Origin: a virus
Taxonomy: Duplodnaviria; Caudoviricetes
Strand: one strand, 5' to 3'
IMG/VR virus record: IMGVR_UViG_3300037067_008637
Coordinates: 28,041 to 92,040 of that record
DNA length: 64,000 nt
Shown here one piece after another: positions 1 through 9,729 of the stretch; the first letter of the stretch is position 1, and each line of letters opens with the position of its first letter. A program made the translations under genes and the position numbers. The notes beneath the pieces are model-generated. The model was not told the DNA's origin. It saw nothing but the letters and a program-made list of their open reading frames with translations, and did not search any database.

Positions 1-1103
1 TCATCCATATTTCTCAAATGAGGAGGAACATTGTCTTTCTTAAATCCACCAGGCCCTACCAAACTGCATTGCATCAAGGCAGCAAGTTCGCCAACTGGAT
101 TAACTGGAAAGTTGTAATGAATGATATGAGCAACATCATTCTTCCCATTTTTTGGAGTGGACGAATTGCAATTATCAATTAGAATGTTCTGAGGAATAGA
201 AAACTTATCCTTGTGGGTTTTCTTGATTGCTATGAGCATGTCATACATCTTACGGACCATTGGTGAAAGAATATACTCAGCTAGGCGTATCCTCTTTCTC
301 CTTACATCCGTATCAGATTTAGGACCTTCCCCAATAGCATAAAGAAGTTCCAACAGAATTGAATTAGTGTGAAAGAACTGTCTTGTAAAATGATCTACTT
401 CATATGCAGCCTTAATAGAGAAAAGAGTTCCTTCCCCTTTCCTATATTTTTCTGAAGGTTGATTCATGAAGAACTGACCCAAATATTCACAAGTCTGCTG
501 GTAATTCCTTGCTTGATCCCAATGAAATTCAGCACCTTCCATTATACGAACAATGTATTCATTATCCATATATGAAGGATGACTATCCAAGAACTCAGCA
601 ACTTCTTCCCGAGTGTGAACAGATGCTAACAATACATCAAATGGAACATCTTTATTAAAGACTTGAACATTGATGTTCCCATCTCGTCTATTCAAATCAA
701 CACTCATAGAAATTGAATTTGTTCTCAGTTTTAGCATCGAAGTGGTTTTCGATACTTCTCTGTATATTATTGGAAGATCATACAATTGGAAGATGGGGAC
801 TTTTAGAAATCCCCCAATGTAAAAGAATTGATCGTATACCAATGTTGGAACTTGTATTGGATACTCATGTTCTTTTCCATCAGGTGCAATCATTTTACAA
901 ACAATGATGCGAAATACACTCTTTTTCAAATCTTCTTTTTTCGTTGGTTTCTGTGAGGGTCTCCAAGAAGAACCTTGATACACCCATCCCTCAATCATTT
1001 GGACTGTTCCAAATATTTGATCAAGATGATATTGTATTGCATCAAGTGTCCATTCTTGCTTTCGTCTATTTAAGATATTGTCTCTTGTAAATCTAGGATC
1101 CAT
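1..1103 (-). CDS. rpoB: RNA polymerase beta subunit, N-terminal part (runs off window)
   Basis: Not in ORF track; manual translation from ATG at 1103 stays open to the window edge. Contains PTLVYDQFFYIGGFLKVPIFQL, DTDVRRKRIRL and NPVGELAALMQCSLVGPGGF, matching conserved RpoB blocks (GTFVINGTERV, DHLGNRRIR, NPLSE..LGPGGL). Confidence 0.85.
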   Translation of the reverse strand, partial: MDPRFTRDNILNRRKQEWTLDAIQYHLDQIFGTVQMIEGWVYQGSSWRPSQKPTKKEDLKKSVFRIIVCKMIAPDGKEHEYPIQVPTLVYDQFFYIGGFLKVPIFQLYDLPIIYREVSKTTSMLKLRTNSISMSVDLNRRDGNINVQVFNKDVPFDVLLASVHTREEVAEFLDSHPSYMDNEYIVRIMEGAEFHWDQARNYQQTCEYLGQFFMNQPSEKYRKGEGTLFSIKAAYEVDHFTRQFFHTNSILLELLYAIGEGPKSDTDVRRKRIRLAEYILSPMVRKMYDMLIAIKKTHKDKFSIPQNILIDNCNSSTPKNGKNDVAHIIHYNFPVNPVGELAALMQCSLVGPGGFKKDNVPPHLRNMD

Positions 1104-1117
1104 TGGTACTCCCTCAC

Positions 1118-3829
1118 TTAGTATCTGAACAGTGAAGTTAAAGCAGACGATTCATCTACTTCTTCCTCAATCAATCCAGTAATAAGCTTTTGTTTTAGAT
1201 TGCTAAATGCACACCCAAGAAGCCAAGATGATCTAGCAGGTACTTGTAGAATGCTTACATATTCAGGTTCTACAGTATTTCGTGCAGGAAGAAGTCTCCA
1301 CAATTTATTACCGTGCCACATCATTGATGCGGTGATGACTTCAAAATGAATATTTTTGATGTCACCATATTGTCCGAATACTTTGTAGATTCTTCTTACC
1401 AAGTCACCAGGTGTAGTTATATCTTCAGGACTATGAAACATCTTTTTGGCAATAGTCATTCCCGAAATGATATCATCATTGTCTCCAGATTTTCCACCGG
1501 ATGTAGATGCCGCACCTGAAATATGGAAGGTTCTTAATACTAATTGGGTTGCGCGTTCACCAATAGCTTGCGTCGCAATGATACCGATTTGATCTGAGTG
1601 TAATATCTTGTAAAGATTTCCGTAACAAGTTTTACAAACCCTGTTATTTTTACAATATATTGGACTTCTCAGTTTAACAATTTTGCCAACCATCTCACGA
1701 TAATTGTTATGAGTTACAAGAATCTTTTGGCCATTCCCTCCAACGATAAACCGCCACATTAAGGATTTTGCTACATTTGCATCAGCTACAAACAAATCTA
1801 ATGTATCGGTTGTACCACAGTCGTCTTCTTCTCCTAATTCCATATTGACTGTAGAATAGATTAATTGTCTGGTTAGATATCCTGTATCTCCAGTAGACAA
1901 TGCAGTGTCCAATAGTCCTTTTCTTGAACCCCAACAGCTATTGAAAAACTCAACGGGAGTTAATCCTGTTGTCAAACTTGATCTGATTAATGTTTCTCTT
2001 ACATGATTGTCTGCATCCGCTACATATCCTCTAGACAATACCATCTGTCTAGCCTGATCCCATGTCCCTCTTGCACCGGATTCAATAAAGATAGCAAACG
2101 GAAGTTCTTTAAGCCGTCCAACAATTGCCGGATCGCTTTTAAGAGTTTCCATATCTTCCTCTACATTTCCAGTTAGTTCATCTGCATATCGAATCAATTG
2201 TTCATCATACAGATCAAATAAGGACAATGTAAATCCTTCGATAGTCACCATACTAAATCCTAACGACTTAATCTTATCGAAGGTATCCATAACTTGTTTT
2301 GGCGGATAATTCAAACATATATCGTTCATTATAGATCTGAGTTTATTCTTTGTAACAGTTTCGTTTATTACTGGATATTCTGTCGGTAAACACATATTAA
2401 ATAAATATCTACCAAACGGAAGAACTGCTCCTTTATATACTCTTGTCTGCTCATCTTCTTGCTCTTTTGTTGCCGTGTAAATACCAAGAATGATATCTTG
2501 ATTTGGCTTTGGTACAGCTTCTAAATCCGTAGGAGATAAAAGATTTGCCCATATTCCCAAATTCTTTTTGGTATCTGCAATAGCTTCAGGTGTTATCGGA
2601 AAATACACAGCCATAGCATCCCCATCAAAGTCTGCATTATATGGAGAACAGATTAGAGGATGTATTTGAATTGTATTTCCTAGATGCACTTTAACCTTGA
2701 ACGCAAGTACGGATAGACGATGAAGAGTCGGTTGACGATTTAATACGCACACTTTGTCTGCACAAAATTCTTCAACTATATCAAAGAATTTCGGATCGCT
2801 ATTTTCAATACTCTCATCAATAAGTTTGATCGCTTGATTATAACGTTTGCAAACACGTTTATTGATGAAATGCGTGATTAGACATGGTTTAAGAATTTCT
2901 AAAACCATCCAATAGGGCAATCGGCATTCATCTAAATTGAGTGTTGGATCTGGAGAAATTACTGCTCTTCCTGAAAAGTCAACTCGTTTTCCCAAAATAT
3001 TGGAACGAATTAAACCCGTCTTTTTGCTCATACTTTCTAAGACGGAATCATACAGTTCTTGAACCAGCTTCTGTAAATATTTGAAATTGGTTTGATATAC
3101 TGCATCATTGTCTCTTACAGGAAATGGCAGATTCTTCAGTTCTGTGGAAATCTTAATAATCTTTTGATATCGTTTGTTGATATCATCAGATACATAATTG
3201 TCGCCGCGAAGTTTTCCACAAGGACGAAACTCTGGAGGAATGACTATGACATTCTGTATGGTTAATTGATCCCAGTGTTCATCTATGTAAGTCAACTCTG
3301 CTCTCGGCAGTATATTGGTATTCTCGTCACTTGCTTTTATCTTATCAATTTCTATCAAGTAACGAACATATGCGAGTACACCTTCTAGTCCTTCCAAATA
3401 TTCAATATTCGGATCAGGATTATCAACATCAACCAACTTAGCGAGATTTCCATCTTCATCAAAGAAATACTTAGCTTTGAATGATAGCATCTCCTGGATG
3501 ACTTTTCGTATCGTTGCTCTCTTGGATGCAACAAGATACAAAAACAACGGATTTAAAATAGGAAATGGCAGTTTGATTTTTCCAAACTGGCGCTTTCTCA
3601 TTTCAGCCGTCGTGATTTTAACGTTGCATACAGGGCATACAGGCTGTTCGTATCTTGGTCCTTTATAAGGATTTTTTGTACAGGCACAATGATAAGATTT
3701 TAGAGGCCCAAACAACTGTTGACTAAATAACCCCTCCTTCGCGAACTTTCGATTTTCAAAAGGTTTTGCAAATGTTATTTCCGGTAAATCATCACTTACG
3801 TTATCGACATTAACAAGATCAATTTTCAC
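1118..3829 (-). CDS. rpoC: RNA polymerase beta' subunit (compact, 903 aa)
   Basis: Catalytic YNADFDGDAM; GLFSQQLFGP plus N-terminal Zn cysteines; LGKRVDFSGRAVI; LNRQPTLHR; bridge helix RKGLLDTALSTGDTGYLTRQL; trigger loop IGERATQLVLRTFH. Confidence 0.97.
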   Translation of the reverse strand: MKIDLVNVDNVSDDLPEITFAKPFENRKFAKEGLFSQQLFGPLKSYHCACTKNPYKGPRYEQPVCPVCNVKITTAEMRKRQFGKIKLPFPILNPLFLYLVASKRATIRKVIQEMLSFKAKYFFDEDGNLAKLVDVDNPDPNIEYLEGLEGVLAYVRYLIEIDKIKASDENTNILPRAELTYIDEHWDQLTIQNVIVIPPEFRPCGKLRGDNYVSDDINKRYQKIIKISTELKNLPFPVRDNDAVYQTNFKYLQKLVQELYDSVLESMSKKTGLIRSNILGKRVDFSGRAVISPDPTLNLDECRLPYWMVLEILKPCLITHFINKRVCKRYNQAIKLIDESIENSDPKFFDIVEEFCADKVCVLNRQPTLHRLSVLAFKVKVHLGNTIQIHPLICSPYNADFDGDAMAVYFPITPEAIADTKKNLGIWANLLSPTDLEAVPKPNQDIILGIYTATKEQEDEQTRVYKGAVLPFGRYLFNMCLPTEYPVINETVTKNKLRSIMNDICLNYPPKQVMDTFDKIKSLGFSMVTIEGFTLSLFDLYDEQLIRYADELTGNVEEDMETLKSDPAIVGRLKELPFAIFIESGARGTWDQARQMVLSRGYVADADNHVRETLIRSSLTTGLTPVEFFNSCWGSRKGLLDTALSTGDTGYLTRQLIYSTVNMELGEEDDCGTTDTLDLFVADANVAKSLMWRFIVGGNGQKILVTHNNYREMVGKIVKLRSPIYCKNNRVCKTCYGNLYKILHSDQIGIIATQAIGERATQLVLRTFHISGAASTSGGKSGDNDDIISGMTIAKKMFHSPEDITTPGDLVRRIYKVFGQYGDIKNIHFEVITASMMWHGNKLWRLLPARNTVEPEYVSILQVPARSSWLLGCAFSNLKQKLITGLIEEEVDESSALTSLFRY

Positions 3830-3904
3830 TTGGAGTTCCTTTCCTCGATTTTAGAACGGTGGTTGATCACTGTTTTCACTTTGTCCTGTTGGACATTGGA
3901 AGCT

Positions 3905-4549
3905 TCAGCGTTCTACAGCTAAGAAAAGATTTCGTCTTCCAAACATCTCCACCTTTTCTTTATCAGTCATAAAAACATCACACGCGTTCTTGTATCTTTT
4001 ATTCATCATGTCTTCAACCTTATATTTTCCGAGAACTAAATATTTTCCGTCTTCTTCTTTCCGTACTAAAACGATATTAGTTCCGAACTCCCATCGTTTT
4101 AAAAGATCCTTAGATAATGCAATAACACCTTCTCTTACAACCATACCAGATGCCGCAATTGATGTGTATCCATCTTCATCTGCTGTATAGGCACTGGCAT
4201 CAACTGAAATCAATTCATATTTATCAGGTTCGATATATTCGTTTTTGAATTCTGTTACACACTCCATAGCATCTTTTACTAAGTGATTAACAACGGTAAA
4301 GGATTCTTTGTCAATAACAATAAGTCTACTTTGTGTTGCAATAAAGTTTAATAAATCATCATGATTTTCCATTTCTTTCTGTACGATTTCTACATGCGAT
4401 ATTTCTATCTGATTACTTATTGCTTGCAAAAACTTTCCAAGTGATGCCATTGAAAATACTCCAACCCACATGGAAATCAATAATAAGGTAATACCAATAA
4501 ACACATAGAAATCATATCTATTCAACTCGAATTTTTTACGAGACGACAT
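3905..4549 (-). CDS. Membrane-anchored 3D-domain (MltA-like) cell wall hydrolase
   Basis: N-terminal hydrophobic helix; ASAYT..ASG....GVIALS..FGT..VED...DVFM pattern of 3D domains. Confidence 0.7.
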   Translation of the reverse strand: MSSRKKFELNRYDFYVFIGITLLLISMWVGVFSMASLGKFLQAISNQIEISHVEIVQKEMENHDDLLNFIATQSRLIVIDKESFTVVNHLVKDAMECVTEFKNEYIEPDKYELISVDASAYTADEDGYTSIAASGMVVREGVIALSKDLLKRWEFGTNIVLVRKEEDGKYLVLGKYKVEDMMNKRYKNACDVFMTDKEKVEMFGRRNLFLAVER

Positions 4550-4602
4550 TCAAAACCTCCGTTATGTCATTCCCAAAATCCAAGTTGCCCGATTGCCAAT
4601 AC

Positions 4603-5148
4603 TCATTTAGAAGAATCAAGGACGGTGATGTCCGTTTCTACTAAATTGTCGATTGCCGATTGGACGAACTTTTGATCATCAGGCAATTCCTTTGTCCAAA
4701 TTTCCTCATTGATAATATCAATACTTTTACAAAATGTTTGATCATCAAATATATCATGTTCGTTCATTGCTTGATTTTCATATAGATAAACATCTAATAA
4801 ACTGGATGATTTCAATACAATAAAGATGTTGAGTTTTCTCTCATTGTATTGGTTGGATACAATCATGACTGTATCAAAAAATGTTTTCCGAAGAAATTGT
4901 GAAAGACAATCCTCCCGATATCTACTAAAAAAGAAGACACCATCTTTTTCAAGCGGAGCAAGAATTCCGCATAATGCATCTACATTTTCATGACTCATAA
5001 TGTCTTCTAAATTGTGAAACTCATTCCACAATTTACCGAACATCGGATGATATTCAGGCGGAATTTGCTCATATATCTTATTGAAATCATCGACGGCTTC
5101 CCACGCAGGTTTAAGCTTGATATAGAATTTGTCTACTAGACAACCCAT
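4603..5148 (-). CDS. Hypothetical protein
   Basis: 181 aa ORF, AAGGAG RBS upstream. Confidence 0.6.
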   Translation of the reverse strand: MGCLVDKFYIKLKPAWEAVDDFNKIYEQIPPEYHPMFGKLWNEFHNLEDIMSHENVDALCGILAPLEKDGVFFFSRYREDCLSQFLRKTFFDTVMIVSNQYNERKLNIFIVLKSSSLLDVYLYENQAMNEHDIFDDQTFCKSIDIINEEIWTKELPDDQKFVQSAIDNLVETDITVLDSSK

Positions 5149-5197
5149 TGTAAATACTCCTTACTGGTTGTTATTGTCAACAATCGATTTGCCCCAA

Positions 5198-5548
5198 TTA
5201 GGACGATATATCATGTTGTTTTTCCCATCTCCAAGCTTCAATTGGGTTTATTGATTTACTTTCAATGTCTGTTAGTGTTAGATTTAGGAGGGTACCTTTA
5301 ACTGGATCATCCATATATAGTTTGTGTGCCTTTATTATTTTACCGGCATAATAGCCATTAACAAATTCAAACAATTGAAGTATACAGATAATTGCAATCA
5401 AATCAAAGAACACATTTAAACCAAAGGAGAATCGAGACATACTACTTACAGTGTCTATGATGATTGCATCACCAACAAGCCATGAAGCAAATATGATTAT
5501 ACACTGCTGATAGAAGCATGTTTTATATTTTCTCCTCAGTATTTTCAT
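5198..5548 (-). CDS. Hypothetical membrane protein
   Basis: Two hydrophobic segments; overlaps the upstream gene. Confidence 0.55.
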   Translation of the reverse strand: MKILRRKYKTCFYQQCIIIFASWLVGDAIIIDTVSSMSRFSFGLNVFFDLIAIICILQLFEFVNGYYAGKIIKAHKLYMDDPVKGTLLNLTLTDIESKSINPIEAWRWEKQHDISS

Positions 5549-5780
5549 TCATGATGCCCTCCAACAATTTCAATTCAAAATGATTAAGTCCTTGAAGATC
5601 ATCAATACTGTATTCCGGAAATTTCATTTCTAATTGGACCAAATGATGTCTAGTCCATTCATTCATATCGTTTTCATATTGGTTTCTGATCAGTGCATCA
5701 TCCCTCTCATTCACTTTCTTTCGTATGAAAAATATTGATCCAATGATCAGAACCAAAGCAATAACAACAACCAGACTCAT
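5523..5780 (-). CDS. Small single-pass membrane protein
   Basis: N-terminal hydrophobic stretch; ATGA overlap with Gat-QueC stop. Confidence 0.55.
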   Translation of the reverse strand: MSLVVVIALVLIIGSIFFIRKKVNERDDALIRNQYENDMNEWTRHHLVQLEMKFPEYSIDDLQGLNHFELKLLEGIMNENTEEKI

Positions 5781-8773
5781 TTCCCAATCCTTTTTCTCAA
5801 GATTTCTTTATTCTTCTCTGGAATTTCAAGTCGGTTTATGATATTGAGAATGTCTAGAGTTTTAACATCCAAAGAAGGAGGTTCATACGCTACATAATTA
5901 CTATCATCTACAACATAATATGTCCTTCCATCTTCCAATCCAGCCATTTTACAGGACCAATAACTCAGCAAACCACTACCGCATGCAGGCTTTCCATCTT
6001 TGGAGCAATTAGCAGGAACAGATACACAACCACATACTTTACCATCGAGATTCTTTAATTCCTGCTGAATCATCATAGGTCGATCACATGATACTAAGAA
6101 TTTTTCAAGAGGCTTTAGAAATCCAAGCTGATTGAGAAGATGATATTGTTCTGTCTTTAGAATGTTACATAAACCATATAGGGGTTTGATGTGTAATCCA
6201 GCAATACTAAACTTAAAGAACTTTATTGCTGCATCTACAAACCGTTCGCAATTGTCCGGATATGAATTGTGGGTTAACAATTTATTAACAAAGAAATTAT
6301 TATTTGGTTCACAATAATAATTTATCATTTCCTGTTCACCATTAATAATCTCAATTCTCTCCAAATTCCATCCGTTTTGAAGGGAATATAAAAAATTAGT
6401 CACTCTAGATACAATCAGATTGGGATCATCTGTCTCAAGAATTGCCAAGTGATCCCACCCCATTTTTTTATATAATTGATGTCTGTTTTCAATTTCTTCT
6501 AAGGTGTGAAAATATCCAATTCCTCCATAGTATTCAACAATCTTTTTTTGTTCAATATTTATAAAATCCGGATTCATATGTTTCCCGCTACTAGTTATCC
6601 AGATTTGTCCATCTCCTACAAATCTAAGAGGAAGAGAATGAGATTCAAATAGTAAAATCAATTCTTTCTCTTTTTTATTGGGGCTTTCACATCCACAAAT
6701 TGATGGATTTATTTTTCCTTCCGCAATCATTTTTAATGTGGCTTGTCTACATTTTTCTCTTCCTTCTGGAGTTTGATTCCAATGAATACCTCCGTTAGCA
6801 ATCAGTCTTTCCTTATAAACCTGTTTCATTTTTTCGGAAAGAATTTGTTTTACATTTTCTCCTTCTTCTGAACTCCAAAAAATAGATAAACCATTTAGAA
6901 TTCGTCTTCTATATTCTTCGTCCTTCCAACATTTTTTAGATGAGATTTTTCTGTTTTCAGTATCTCCAGTTTGATGAGTTTTTCCACACCAACACGGAAT
7001 TGTATTACTACGAATATGTCCAAACATTGGATTTTTATCACCAAGAAACGCTTTCCTTATTTTTTCTTTAATTTCAGGAAGCATTTTCTTTCCAGTTCTC
7101 CACGAGGACAGTTTTTGTCTGGTTTCGGCAGACACAGAATGTCCCATTCTACATTTAGATCTTTTTTCAAAATCATATCCAGGAAACGCATTTCCTCTTT
7201 TAATGTTATCTTTCAGTTTACACTCTTTAATAGAATAGCACACATCACCAACAAATAATGCGTTCGCCTCCACCCAATTCTTTCCTTTTATAAAAAATGG
7301 ATGAGTACCTGAAACAAAAAGGATTTTTTCACTTTGTATGCATCCAGAATTATATGTGAAAGTCAATTTGTAAGTGTCTTGGTGATGATTATTAAACTTC
7401 TCCTTTATAATGCTTTTTTCCAATAATCCCTTGTCGATATTGAAAGACATTATTTCATCCCCAACATTTAAATCGTTCGGAAGGACTTCTTTTCCATCAT
7501 ATCTTAAAATCCTGTTGTTAATATGATTTACAATACATCCAGATTCTGTTAATTGAAGAAACCCCCCGGTAAGGTAAACGTCGTCGTATTGATTTGTCAT
7601 TATTAGAGATTCTGCTAAAGCACCCATATGTACAAGCATTAAATGATTACGGAAAGTAGTCCACGCGGCAGTCGTCTTCAATCCTTCTTCCGTTCCGGTT
7701 ATGATCTTTGCCTTAGGATCTGTCAGCATTCCAAAATCCAGTTTGGACATTGCGTCGCTAATATCAAATTCTCTTAACTCTATTCCAAGAGCCTTAGTAA
7801 CGTGCCCAATAGCCGCTCTTTCACAATCCTGTCCTCTGTGTCCATATTTAAAGTGAACAGCAATCGGATTCATTTCTGCTGCCTTCAATGTTGCTAGTGT
7901 TGTAGAACTATCCAATCCTCCGGAAGCTGCAACAAGGACACATTCTCTCTTCGGTTTTGTTTTATCTTTCTTGTACACATCATACGTCGACGTAATGTAT
8001 CTTGGTTCAAAGCTACTACCAGACACCATTCCACTATCCAAGTCAATACTAGTAATAGAATATTCCGGTACTCTATGAGCATAATAATCTTCCCAGAGAG
8101 CCATTGTATTCTTTTCTATCTTTTGTCCTTTAAGTAAAGATATGGTTTCCCAAATGGATTCTTCTGTAGATGCTGCAAAGAATCCCCAACCTCTCAAATA
8201 CCCGCAGTACAAAGGTGAATGGGTACAAACTAAGTACATGCAATTCTTCTGAGTATCTACTAAAACAAATGCGAAGCCACCAGAAAGATAGTTCATAGTA
8301 TCATTCATGTTTCGTCCGAACATAAGATAAGCGTGGATAATTGCTTCGCTATCAATGTCCGTTTGATATTCATATTCAAAACCAGATTCTTTTAATTCTT
8401 TCTGAATAATGGATGATACTGCACCATTGTGTACTAAATACAACCCATGCTCCCTGTTACATATTGGTTGGACATTTCTCTCTACGTTACTTACACCGCA
8501 TTCGGTTTCGGGAGCGGCTCTTGCATTGGATAGAATAACATCTCCTTTTTGAAAAACATCCATAGGATAAGACGGATGCGGCAAATTATGCAATATTGTG
8601 GTACATTCAGTTACATCACTTGTTTTGTAGCACACTCCGGGCTGGTGCTGCCCTCTAATAAGGACAGCACCAAACCCATCGGTACCACGTTTCAATGATT
8701 GAAGCCATGCTGATTTGATCACATGTTTAGAAATCGATGCTTCTCTCATGTAAAATGCGGTAATTCCACACAT
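5777..8773 (-). CDS. Class II glutamine amidotransferase-QueC fusion (Gat-QueC-like), intein-containing
   Basis: N-terminal MCGI nucleophile, RGTDG, HNG, TDIDSE (GATase II); ASGGLDS PP-loop, FKYGHR, FRN and SG/SYPD (QueC). Confidence 0.85.
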   Translation of the reverse strand: MCGITAFYMREASISKHVIKSAWLQSLKRGTDGFGAVLIRGQHQPGVCYKTSDVTECTTILHNLPHPSYPMDVFQKGDVILSNARAAPETECGVSNVERNVQPICNREHGLYLVHNGAVSSIIQKELKESGFEYEYQTDIDSEAIIHAYLMFGRNMNDTMNYLSGGFAFVLVDTQKNCMYLVCTHSPLYCGYLRGWGFFAASTEESIWETISLLKGQKIEKNTMALWEDYYAHRVPEYSITSIDLDSGMVSGSSFEPRYITSTYDVYKKDKTKPKRECVLVAASGGLDSSTTLATLKAAEMNPIAVHFKYGHRGQDCERAAIGHVTKALGIELREFDISDAMSKLDFGMLTDPKAKIITGTEEGLKTTAAWTTFRNHLMLVHMGALAESLIMTNQYDDVYLTGGFLQLTESGCIVNHINNRILRYDGKEVLPNDLNVGDEIMSFNIDKGLLEKSIIKEKFNNHHQDTYKLTFTYNSGCIQSEKILFVSGTHPFFIKGKNWVEANALFVGDVCYSIKECKLKDNIKRGNAFPGYDFEKRSKCRMGHSVSAETRQKLSSWRTGKKMLPEIKEKIRKAFLGDKNPMFGHIRSNTIPCWCGKTHQTGDTENRKISSKKCWKDEEYRRRILNGLSIFWSSEEGENVKQILSEKMKQVYKERLIANGGIHWNQTPEGREKCRQATLKMIAEGKINPSICGCESPNKKEKELILLFESHSLPLRFVGDGQIWITSSGKHMNPDFINIEQKKIVEYYGGIGYFHTLEEIENRHQLYKKMGWDHLAILETDDPNLIVSRVTNFLYSLQNGWNLERIEIINGEQEMINYYCEPNNNFFVNKLLTHNSYPDNCERFVDAAIKFFKFSIAGLHIKPLYGLCNILKTEQYHLLNQLGFLKPLEKFLVSCDRPMMIQQELKNLDGKVCGCVSVPANCSKDGKPACGSGLLSYWSCKMAGLEDGRTYYVVDDSNYVAYEPPSLDVKTLDILNIINRLEIPEKNKEILRKRIGK
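6266..7537 (-). mobile_element. Intein (424 aa) with NUMOD3-like motifs and a Vsr/DUF559-like endonuclease
   Basis: Begins at Cys (SG|CIVNH); block B SGTHPF; ends FFVNKLLTHN|S. Removal restores LTESGSYPD. Internal HSVSAETRQKLS/NPMFG motifs and PDF...IVEYYG..YFH. Confidence 0.85.
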
Positions 8774-9729
8774 TAATCATCCTCCAGTCTTTCGCCATCC
8801 TCAAATTGTCCTAAAGAAATTCCACAATCATCAGATTCAAGTTCACATCCTAATTCTCTTGCACCAATATTGAAATCAAACTGATCATCATCTTCCTCTT
8901 GTACAAACTCTTCTTCTTCCTCATATTCATCATCCGCATCTAATACTCTTCCTGTTTGTCGCTTACCGTTAAGGTGTTTGAAGATAGATTGTCTTTTAGG
9001 AGAACGCTCACGCTCACGCGTATATCCGCCGGATAACTCCATATGAGGATCAATTGAACCATTACACTGTCCCATCATAGCATATCGACTAATTAAATCC
9101 ATTTCCTCTTGAGAATCAACCCATCCGAACTGATTTGAAAATGCATATCTTTCTCCCCAAGATCCTCGAATGGGCTGCATTGTTCTTTCCGTAATTTTGT
9201 TTGATCCTACAATGTCAGTAGTTGAAAGCAATCCTTCATCCGCTGGTGTAAGCTTCAATCTAGCAAAGAAACCATAATTTCCAACAGGTAAAGTAGCAAT
9301 TGCCTTTACAATACTTCTATCTGTCCACAACAATGAAAATCTAAAATTAGCATTGATGTATCTCTCATCTGTTCCCGAGAAATTAGCGCATCCCGCAGGA
9401 TGTCTATGCAATACTGTATTAAACTGTAAACCGGGATCTTCTTTGTAATCAATATGTGCTGTAGAAACTTCTTGCTGCGGAATATAATATTCTTCCTCAA
9501 TTACAAAAGCTTCTGCATCTGCGTTCCAATTTGTCTTACAAAATATTGAAAACTCCGAAGTTTTGAATACATCATTTAGTCCATTCATGACTTTTCGGAT
9601 GAATGATGGAACAACGATTTTTAGTTCGTGCTTAATTACCAACGAGTTGGTAATGATTGTGTCCTTTCCATCTTTGGTTACTGTTGCCTTACCGCCTTTG
9701 ATTTCTTCTCCAGTATCTAGATCTTGCAT
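8773..9729 (-). CDS. JAB/MPN+ metalloprotease with long acidic tail
   Basis: Upstream EF, IPQQEVS and LHRHP....FSGTD JAMM motif; stop overlaps Gat-QueC ATG. Confidence 0.8.
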   Translation of the reverse strand: MQDLDTGEEIKGGKATVTKDGKDTIITNSLVIKHELKIVVPSFIRKVMNGLNDVFKTSEFSIFCKTNWNADAEAFVIEEEYYIPQQEVSTAHIDYKEDPGLQFNTVLHRHPAGCANFSGTDERYINANFRFSLLWTDRSIVKAIATLPVGNYGFFARLKLTPADEGLLSTTDIVGSNKITERTMQPIRGSWGERYAFSNQFGWVDSQEEMDLISRYAMMGQCNGSIDPHMELSGGYTRERERSPKRQSIFKHLNGKRQTGRVLDADDEYEEEEEFVQEEDDDQFDFNIGARELGCELESDDCGISLGQFEDGERLEDD

